Below, piece by piece: positions 1 to 7,075 of a stretch of 64,000 nucleotides of DNA. Origin of the DNA: a virus; the IMG/VR virus record IMGVR_UViG_3300045747_000454, positions 1 through 64,000 of that record, one strand, 5' to 3'. The translations under genes were made by a program, and so were the position numbers. The first letter of the stretch is position 1. Each line of letters begins with the position of its first letter. The notes below the pieces were generated by a model. The model saw only the letters and a program-made list of their open reading frames with translations, had not been told where the DNA came from and ran no database searches.

Positions 1-52
1 CTAGCATGTTTGCATCCAATCTGTTGCGTCCTCTATTTATCTGCGTGCTCGT

Positions 53-92
53 CCTGCGCCCAAGTCGAGGGCAATACATAGCTTGATACAAT
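53..92 (+). promoter_or_regulatory. CCTR-box promoter (Nudix operon)
   Basis: CCTG at 53; TACAAT at 87 (offset 34). Confidence 0.65.
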
Positions 93-118
93 GAGAACAA
101 CATAGCAAAGGATACTCC

Positions 119-847
119 ATGGCTGATACTGCTACCGAGCGGCTGCAACACGCGCTGCTTCAAACTGGAATGATGAACCAGCTGTTCATCGATGGAATCA
201 CGCTTGGCGCGTACGACGAGGCCTACGTTGAGGAGGCGCTCGCCAACTTCAAGGCCGCGCTGCACCCTGAACCACACAAGGTGTTTCATCGCTACGTCCT
301 CGGGTTCGTGTTCAATCGCAACCTGGGTCGAGTGCTGCTCGTCCTCAAGAATCGACCTGCGTGGCAGGCAAACAAGCTGAACGGCATCGGCGGCAAGATC
401 GAGGTCGGCGAGACGCCACTTCAGGCGATGGAGCGCGAGTTTCGTGAGGAGACCGGCTTCGTTCAGCGCCTTCGTCAGAAGGAGGACGAGGTCGACACGA
501 TTCAGTGGCACTACGTCGGCCGTCGACATCGCGTTGCGCAGTTCGACTATCAGGACGAAGCGTACGAGATGTTCATCTACGCCGCGTGGTGGGACGACGT
601 TCAACAGCTCGTTCAGAACGACTCGGCCAGCCGTGGCACCGACACGCGCTACCGCGGCCACATCTACACTTGGGAGCCCAACAGCCTCGCCGACGAGCCA
701 ATCGTTGCGCCAGTGCTGGATCGCAATCACCTGCACCGCATGGGCGTTCCAGGCCTCGTGTGGACGATGGAGGCAGCGCTCTGCTCCCTTCAAGAGGGCT
801 TCACCTTCGACGTCGAAGACCCGATGAAGCTTGAGCATCTGCTATGA
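119..847 (+). CDS. Nudix hydrolase
   Basis: Canonical Nudix box GGKIEVGETPLQAMEREFREETG; SD AAGGA upstream. Confidence 0.9.
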   Translation: MADTATERLQHALLQTGMMNQLFIDGITLGAYDEAYVEEALANFKAALHPEPHKVFHRYVLGFVFNRNLGRVLLVLKNRPAWQANKLNGIGGKIEVGETPLQAMEREFREETGFVQRLRQKEDEVDTIQWHYVGRRHRVAQFDYQDEAYEMFIYAAWWDDVQQLVQNDSASRGTDTRYRGHIYTWEPNSLADEPIVAPVLDRNHLHRMGVPGLVWTMEAALCSLQEGFTFDVEDPMKLEHLL

Positions 848-1203
848 TCAAAGAGAAGCAGCTCATCAAGGTCGTTGGGACGACCGTCTCAGGCATTGAG
901 GGTGGGCGTCCATCAACCACGATCGCTCGCGGCATCGTGCAGCTCAAGCGTGGCGTCAAGCTGCACGAGTTCATCGATGCCTTTCTGCAAGAGCGTGGCA
1001 TCGTTCAGTACACGCTCCATTCGCGTGGTGACTCGTGGGCGATGGAGCCAACGCTGCTCATGCTTGGCAATCCGAAGCTCGTGCTGACCTACGTGTTCAC
1101 GCAGTTCCCACTCAGCGAGATCGGCTACTACGGGAAGGACCTGACGCGCGTCGAGCTCCTTCGTGACTTCAAGTTCCTCAAGCGCATTTTGGAGAAGCAA
1201 TGA
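844..1203 (+). CDS. hypothetical protein
   Basis: ATGA overlaps on both sides; phage-typical codon use. Confidence 0.75.
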   Translation: MIKEKQLIKVVGTTVSGIEGGRPSTTIARGIVQLKRGVKLHEFIDAFLQERGIVQYTLHSRGDSWAMEPTLLMLGNPKLVLTYVFTQFPLSEIGYYGKDLTRVELLRDFKFLKRILEKQ

Positions 1204-1418
1204 TTGACTACGAGTTCATCATTGGTCTGAAGGATCTGATTCGCGGTGGCTTCGACAAGGCGCCAGAAGAAGTTCGTGAGCGCGTGATGGAGCTCTACAC
1301 ACCCTTCTACGTTCGCGACGGCTTTCTGTATGACGACGGCTCGCGTGGTTCAGTGCGCATGACGACCGGCGAGCTGCGCGACCTCATCACCTATCTGCTA
1401 CAGGAGAAGCAATGATTG
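1191..1418 (+). repeat. 16-bp direct repeat GGAGAAGCAATGATTG (1191-1206 and 1403-1418)
   Basis: Exact copies read from the sequence; each is SD plus overlapping stop/start. Confidence 0.9.
1200..1415 (+). CDS. small hypothetical protein
   Basis: SD GGAG, ATGA coupling on both sides; flanked by a 16-bp direct repeat. Confidence 0.75.
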   Translation: MIDYEFIIGLKDLIRGGFDKAPEEVRERVMELYTPFYVRDGFLYDDGSRGSVRMTTGELRDLITYLLQEKQ

Positions 1419-2038
1419 TTGTTGGAATTTCAGGAGCGCAGGGTGGTGGCAAGTCCTCCATGCTCGCCGAGCTCAAGAATCGTGGTTGGCTAGTCGACGA
1501 CTTCAGAGTCAGTCGCGCCGTGCAAGCTCAACTCGGCTGGTCGGCGCTCACGAACGTGCTGGAGTCCTACGAGACGATGGTCGCCTTTCAGAACGAGGTG
1601 CTGCGACAGAAGCACGACCACGACTTGGCGCTGCACAACAAGTCCGGTGCTCGCACCATCGACGCCAAGGGTCACGTCGTCCTCGTCGAGCGCACCTTCG
1701 CCGACGTCGCCGCCTACACGCAGCTCTGGACTTGGAAGTTCATCGACCGTGGCGACGTCACGTTCACTGAGGGCATGCGCTTTCTCGCCGACTACTCTCG
1801 CCGCTGCTTCGAGGCGCACAATCAAATCTACGACGCCGTCGTGCTGCTTCCGTACATGCCGCACATTCCATGGGAGAATGATCCGAATCGCGCCAGTCGC
1901 GAGGACGCCGACAGGGTCTACGAGAGCGTTGAGATGTTCGCCAAGTATCGCACCGTCAGCAAGAGCTACACTATTTCACAACTAACCGTTGAGGACCGCG
2001 CTACCGAGGTCATCAACTTTCTGGAGACCCTTTCATGA
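1412..2038 (+). CDS. P-loop nucleoside/nucleotide kinase-like ATPase (AAA_28/dNK-like)
   Basis: Walker A GAQGGGKSS at the N-terminus; hhhhER(T)xxD motif VLVERTFAD. Confidence 0.75.
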   Translation: MIVVGISGAQGGGKSSMLAELKNRGWLVDDFRVSRAVQAQLGWSALTNVLESYETMVAFQNEVLRQKHDHDLALHNKSGARTIDAKGHVVLVERTFADVAAYTQLWTWKFIDRGDVTFTEGMRFLADYSRRCFEAHNQIYDAVVLLPYMPHIPWENDPNRASREDADRVYESVEMFAKYRTVSKSYTISQLTVEDRATEVINFLETLS

Positions 2039-2685
2039 CCAAACCGATGTACTCACGCAACGCCCCAGGCCTCTACTCGCTGTGGATGGACTGGGAATCC
2101 TCTGGCGCTGACTTCGAGAACGGCCTCGACGGCACGGTGAAGAAGTACCAAGGCATCAGCGTTGGGCTCATCATCGCCAACAACGCCACGCTCGAGGAGG
2201 TCGACAGCCTCTACGTCGAGATGCAGTTCGACGGCAAGAAGTATCAGTGGACCGACCGTGCTCAGGAGATTCACGGCCTGTCCCGTGAGCACCTCGCCAC
2301 CTGCATGACGCGCGAAGAGGCGCTCGCCGAGATCATCGAGTTCCTGATGAAGTACTTCGGCACCGAGATCATCGCCACCATCCCGACCGAGCCGGATCAG
2401 AAGGTGCAGATCGGCGGGCACAACGTGCAGTTCGACATTCGAATGCTCGGTCAGCTCTTCGAGGACCTCGGCTTCAACGTTGGCATTCACCACGTCGTCA
2501 TCGACACCACCGCCGCTGCGTTCCTCACGATCGGCATGCACAAGTCTAACGACGTGTTCGTGTTCTTCGGCGCCGAGGTGCGCGGCAAGCACAACGCGCT
2601 CGATGACGCTCGTCAAGCCCTGCAAGCCGCTCGTGGCATCAAGCAGATCTTTCAAGTCGGCCTGGAGGCGATGAGCAACGTATGA
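2035..2685 (+). CDS. DEDDh 3'-5' exonuclease (DnaQ-like)
   Basis: ExoI DWE, ExoII GHNVQFD, IDT, ExoIII HNALDDA. Confidence 0.85.
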   Translation: MTKPMYSRNAPGLYSLWMDWESSGADFENGLDGTVKKYQGISVGLIIANNATLEEVDSLYVEMQFDGKKYQWTDRAQEIHGLSREHLATCMTREEALAEIIEFLMKYFGTEIIATIPTEPDQKVQIGGHNVQFDIRMLGQLFEDLGFNVGIHHVVIDTTAAAFLTIGMHKSNDVFVFFGAEVRGKHNALDDARQALQAARGIKQIFQVGLEAMSNV

Positions 2686-3221
2686 CCATTCTCGTCATCA
2701 AACCAGGCGCGCCTATCAGGTCCGGCCCAAGCAACTGGCCTCACCTCTTTCTGGCTGGCACGATCGATCAGGGCAACTCGGTCGATTGGCAAAGCACCGT
2801 GCCAGAGTTCTACAAGACGAAGGACATCGAGGACGTGGTCCTCGTCAATCCACGCCGTGACAACTGGAACCCGTCGGTCGAGCAGTCGATCACCGATCCA
2901 GAGTTTCACGCTCAAGTGTCATTCGAGCTCGGCCACATCGAGCAGGTCGATGCCGTCGCGATGTGGCTCGTGCCGGGCTCGCTGTCCCCGATCTCGCTGG
3001 CTGAGTTCGGCCTGCTCTGCGGCATGAAGTCCGCTGGGCACATCAATCGCCTGATCGTTGGCTGCCCAGCCGGCTTCTGGCGCAAGGGCAACGTCGAGAT
3101 GATGACCGACCGCTATGGCATTCCGCTGGTCGACACCATTGACGAGCTGCTCGAGGAGAGCTACGCGCTGATGATGCGCAACCATCAGCGCCGCATCGAG
3201 TTCTACAAGTCGAAGGTGTAA
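2682..3221 (+). CDS. nucleoside 2-deoxyribosyltransferase-like protein
   Basis: LFLAGTI..DWQ, NPRR, QVxFEL, SPISLAEFG, FWRKGNV motifs. Confidence 0.85.
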   Translation: MTILVIKPGAPIRSGPSNWPHLFLAGTIDQGNSVDWQSTVPEFYKTKDIEDVVLVNPRRDNWNPSVEQSITDPEFHAQVSFELGHIEQVDAVAMWLVPGSLSPISLAEFGLLCGMKSAGHINRLIVGCPAGFWRKGNVEMMTDRYGIPLVDTIDELLEESYALMMRNHQRRIEFYKSKV

Positions 3222-3277
3222 CGACGACTTCTTCGTTACAAAATTCTTGTTCAGGATTCTCAGGTTCAGTGTATAAT
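3217..3277 (+). promoter_or_regulatory. putative early promoter with upstream TGTAAC..GTTAC dyad
   Basis: TGTAACGA-N8-TCGTTACA (3217-3240), then CAGGTTCAGTGTATAAT (-10 at 3272-3277); similar copy at 27793-27852. Confidence 0.75.
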
Positions 3278-3300
3278 AGGACATCGAACCGGAGAACCCT

Positions 3301-3537
3301 ATGACCACTAGCCGCATTGCCTGGCGCAAGACCCCGCTCACTCGCGAGCAGTGGGAAGCCAACTGCCACGCCTCGAGCCATCGTCACGAAGGCGAAACCA
3401 TCAACTACAACGAGAACCAAGGTGTGGTGAGCGCCTTCGTCCGGTGCTCGAACGGTGCCAGCGTCTTCATCGGCGCCTATTTCATCAAGAGCAACGAGCG
3501 CGACATCATCGCCGGCTGCGGTTGGAACCACGAATGA
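3301..3537 (+). CDS. small early hypothetical protein
   Basis: SD GGAG; directly downstream of the promoter. Confidence 0.75.
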   Translation: MTTSRIAWRKTPLTREQWEANCHASSHRHEGETINYNENQGVVSAFVRCSNGASVFIGAYFIKSNERDIIAGCGWNHE

Positions 3538-3547
3538 AGGAAGTCAC

Positions 3548-4216
3548 CTAGATAATTCTGAACCCTTTATAAAATTCGCCTTTGGCGGAGGTGTGTTTTA
3601 GCGACGCAAGTGTAATGCCATTTTCACGACACCACGGAGTAATGCTGTAATGAGTAACTTGGTGCCCTAACAAATCCTCAACTATCCAAACTTTGGCTCT
3701 TGAGTTTTTAGACCCAGCGCTCTTCCCAGGTTGTGCCTTGAGTTTTATCCCTTTACGGTCTTTGTTCGATTGAACCATTCGTTGCTTATGTTCTTCAGAA
3801 TGCATTCCGCCGTACTGCACCCCATTGGCTCTGGCTAATGCTTGACCCGCTAAAAAGTTTGCGTAGTGTGAAGGAGACATCTTTCGACCCTTCCAAAATT
3901 CCGAAACCGTCGCAGCCCATTCTGTGCGTAATGCTTCAAATTGACGTGCAGTAAGTTTCCCGCCTATAACATGTCGCATTGTCCATAGTGCTTTACACAT
4001 CTTCTTTCTTGCAGACCCAGAGGTCATCTTCATAAGCAGATGATGTGCAACAAAATGTTGCTTTGCTGTGAGACGAACAAGGTTGTCCTTGGCGTTGGTC
4101 CCACCTAAAGATTTAGGGATGATGTGATGACGCTCAGAATAGCCTACAACTACTTGAACCTTCGCAGCGTTGATAAGACGCCAATAGCAATCTGAATACT
4201 TGTTGTGGATGAACAT
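3548..4216 (-). mobile_element. free-standing HNH homing endonuclease (MobE-like, NUMOD3-type C-terminus)
   Basis: ERHHIIPKSLGGTN..NLVRLTAKQHFVAH; HSEEHK repeat; visibly AT-richer than flanks; antisense to the operon; late promoter at 4238-4245. Confidence 0.9.
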
Positions 4217-4217
4217 T

Positions 4218-4442
4218 ATGGCTCCTGGTGATACACCTATTTATCGTGAAACTACATTTGTCTTCGGTGAGACCGAGGTTCGCAAGACCGGTCGCACCGC
4301 CACCAAACCCCTCCCCGGCAACAAAGTGCTGACCGTGGTCGAGGTTACGCCGGTCAACGAGGCCGATGGATTCTGGAAGAAGTTTGTTCAGACCACCGCG
4401 CTGCTGACCATTCAAGAAGCCCCAACGGAGCCTGAAAAATGA
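4218..4442 (+). CDS. hypothetical protein
   Basis: ATG at 4218 (start uncertain); ATGA overlap with the next gene. Confidence 0.65.
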   Translation: MAPGDTPIYRETTFVFGETEVRKTGRTATKPLPGNKVLTVVEVTPVNEADGFWKKFVQTTALLTIQEAPTEPEK

Positions 4443-4684
4443 GCGCAAAGTACTCAATGGTCTCGACCTGGCAGATGATGCTGCTGGCGACCATCATGTC
4501 CATTCTCGTCTCTCTTCTCGTGTCGATAAATACATGGTACCTCCAATGGACCATGCTGCCAGTGGTGCGTCAAGATGCGTCAGGACAGTGCGTGAAGGTG
4601 GACAACTACTCCAACGGCCAAGCCTACAACTGCAACGACATCGGCGTGCTTCTGCGGCAATACCGCAAAGCGCCCGCTGAATGA
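4439..4684 (+). CDS. small membrane protein
   Basis: N-terminal hydrophobic helix; two Cys in the C-terminal part. Confidence 0.7.
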   Translation: MSAKYSMVSTWQMMLLATIMSILVSLLVSINTWYLQWTMLPVVRQDASGQCVKVDNYSNGQAYNCNDIGVLLRQYRKAPAE

Positions 4685-5817
4685 AGAAATTCCTACACCT
4701 TCAATGCACAGTCTGCAACCGAACAATTGATCAGCTGGTCGACAACACTCACGTTGCCTCAGATCGCTGCACCATCACGCTCCGCTGCGCCGGTCACCTC
4801 GTCCCGGTCGTCTATCGAAACAACGCTCTAATCGCGCCGCAACCAGTTGTCGGCGTTGCTGATTGGACGTCACGCCACAAGGTCGCCGAAACGGTCGCGA
4901 TCAAATCAGCTAGCCTCATCACCGCTACGTCTGGTCCAACCACCACGACAATCGACCAGCGGCTGGTCATTGCTGTGCGCACCACCGCCCCGCTCACCAC
5001 CGCCAGCACGGCAGTGCTGACGCTCAACAAGCAGGTTGAGACCACCGTTGCCACCACGCAATTCGTCTATCGACGAGACGCCGCCTTCTCGTCGATTGAG
5101 GGCGTGGAGTCGGGCATTGAGAAGAAGACGCTGAGCTACAACACCACGTCGCAGAACATTGATGTCTACTTCGGCGGTATCAAGCTGACTCGCAATGTTG
5201 ACTACTGGCTCGCCGGTGATTCAGCTACAGCCATTGCCAACGCAATCACCTTCACCTCGCTCATCTCTGAGCCTGGCATCACGCAGGTCGACGTTGTTGT
5301 TTCCCCAAAGGTTACGGTCACACCAACCACCATCACGCTGAAGCGCAACAAGTACGACGAATCTCGCGTTGGCAGCGGCGCTTGGGAGAACGTTGACTTC
5401 GTCGACCGCTTCGTCGGCGGGACTTGGCAGCGCTATTACCTCTTCACAGCGGACATCGACTCGTCGGCTGACACGCTGCTGACAATCAACTCGCTCTACA
5501 CGGCCGAGCCGACGGTGCAGATTAGCAGCTACACCTCGCTTGACGTACTGCTTCTGCTCGCGCACGCTCCGTACTCGTCCATCGACCGCTACACTACCGT
5601 GGCGGCACCGTTGGCGAACATCACGGGCAGCAGCTATCTCAAGTACTCGGTCATCAGCGGCGGCAAGGTGCTGCAGCTTGTTGACTCAGCGGTGGTCAAC
5701 ATCTACCCACCGCTTCGCCTCTCAAAGTTCACCGTTGACCCAACGCTCACTACATCAACAGGGGTCAGCGACCTTATCACCATCGACGGCTCAGTCATTC
5801 TAGGACCAGACGCATGA
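4681..5817 (+). CDS. putative virion structural protein with N-terminal Cys4 (Zn) motif
   Basis: CTVC...CTITLRC; Thr/Ser/Val beta-rich body; late promoter GATAAATA at 4525-4532. Confidence 0.6.
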   Translation: MKKFLHLQCTVCNRTIDQLVDNTHVASDRCTITLRCAGHLVPVVYRNNALIAPQPVVGVADWTSRHKVAETVAIKSASLITATSGPTTTTIDQRLVIAVRTTAPLTTASTAVLTLNKQVETTVATTQFVYRRDAAFSSIEGVESGIEKKTLSYNTTSQNIDVYFGGIKLTRNVDYWLAGDSATAIANAITFTSLISEPGITQVDVVVSPKVTVTPTTITLKRNKYDESRVGSGAWENVDFVDRFVGGTWQRYYLFTADIDSSADTLLTINSLYTAEPTVQISSYTSLDVLLLLAHAPYSSIDRYTTVAAPLANITGSSYLKYSVISGGKVLQLVDSAVVNIYPPLRLSKFTVDPTLTTSTGVSDLITIDGSVILGPDA

Positions 5818-6272
5818 TCACACCAACAGTCCCGAGCTACTACATGATTCACGCCAGCGGCGAGGCAGCGGAGCTCATTGCCGCATCGGTCTCAGCTGGC
5901 GTCATGAGCGACATCGTCGAGGTCGTCGTGGTCTCGCGCAACTTCACCAACGACATCGAGCCAATCAACGAGATGGACGCATCGATGACCATCATCAAGT
6001 CTGGGCTTGGTCCTGACTTCACCGAGGCGTGCACCTTCAACCCACTCTACATTCCACAGAGCATCGACGCGCTGGATGATGTGCTTGAGGTCGAGGCAAA
6101 GTCGGACAACGTTCGCTTCGTTGGCATGAATGAAAATCCATTCGCCATCAAGGTGACTGAGGTCATCACCGGGCAGGACGAGTCCATCATCACAGCCATC
6201 ACGCGCTATCAACAGTTTGACCTGCCATCCTACGAGGTCATCATGGAACAACAACAAAGGGTGCTCAATTGA
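5814..6272 (+). CDS. hypothetical protein
   Basis: Translationally coupled ORF. Confidence 0.75.
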   Translation: MITPTVPSYYMIHASGEAAELIAASVSAGVMSDIVEVVVVSRNFTNDIEPINEMDASMTIIKSGLGPDFTEACTFNPLYIPQSIDALDDVLEVEAKSDNVRFVGMNENPFAIKVTEVITGQDESIITAITRYQQFDLPSYEVIMEQQQRVLN

Positions 6273-6673
6273 GAGATCTCCGCGTCGCACACTTCGTCTA
6301 CACCGCCGTGGTCAAGCAAGACCAGGGCGCTACGTTTGACGCCGTCTCAATCTTTCCAGGGTTGGACGAGCTAACCCTACGCTCGCGCGTCTTTCCAAAC
6401 TACGCGGAGAGCGTCACGTCGTGCAAGAAGCTGCTCACCGACGTGACGGCGAACATCAACGAGGGGTTCGCTGAACCAAAGTTCAAGCTGGGCATCGAGG
6501 TCCACCCATCGGTCTCAGGTCAGAAGACCATCTCGAAGGACTGGGGCGACGACGAGGTCTCGCGCTTCTGGGTCTACGACAAGGGGATGGAGGGTCAGTC
6601 TCGCAACATCTCTGCGCTTTGCCGCGGCAGCATCTTCGCCATTGACCCGATCCAAGGACAGCCGAAGAGTTGA
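6269..6673 (+). CDS. hypothetical protein
   Basis: TTG start overlapping the upstream stop. Confidence 0.7.
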   Translation: MRDLRVAHFVYTAVVKQDQGATFDAVSIFPGLDELTLRSRVFPNYAESVTSCKKLLTDVTANINEGFAEPKFKLGIEVHPSVSGQKTISKDWGDDEVSRFWVYDKGMEGQSRNISALCRGSIFAIDPIQGQPKS

Positions 6674-6714
6674 CCTGCTTTCAAGTTCGCCGATGGTGAG
6701 GAGTGAGATACAAT
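6674..6714 (+). promoter_or_regulatory. CCTR-box promoter (dsbA-polymerase)
   Basis: CCTG at 6674; TACAAT at 6709 (offset 35). Confidence 0.7.
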
Positions 6715-6745
6715 CACCTGTCAATCACCACCATCGGACACAATC

Positions 6746-7075
6746 ATGGCAAAGCAACCGCAAGAACTTACCACCGCAACCTCGAAGTTTCAGGACATCG
6801 GGACCATCATGAAGGACCCGAACCTGAAGGTTCGTCTGATGTCGCTCGTCGACGAAGCCGTCGATGCCAAGAGTGAGATTGCCAAGCAGCAGTCCACCAT
6901 CAAGGCGCTGCGCGACACCGCGCTCGAGGACCTCAAGCTGAACCCGAAGCTGTTCAGCGCGCTCGTTGCCTCGACCTTCAACAACGACTTCGCCAAGCGC
7001 AAGACCTCGCTCGAAGAGCAGGTCACGATGCTTGACCACATCATGGGTGAGGTCGGCTACACGAAGGGCGCCTAA
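6746..7075 (+). CDS. dsbA: T4 DsbA-like dsDNA-binding protein
   Basis: Helical pattern EAVDAKSEI..IKALRDTALEDLKLNPKLFSAL resembles T4 DsbA (EASDHKLKI..IKDIRIRAKDELGVDGKMFNRL). Confidence 0.65.
   Translation: MAKQPQELTTATSKFQDIGTIMKDPNLKVRLMSLVDEAVDAKSEIAKQQSTIKALRDTALEDLKLNPKLFSALVASTFNNDFAKRKTSLEEQVTMLDHIMGEVGYTKGA

Noticed and set aside
4439-4684. Holin call for the small membrane protein
   Set aside because: A single TM helix far from the lysis genes is not enough evidence.
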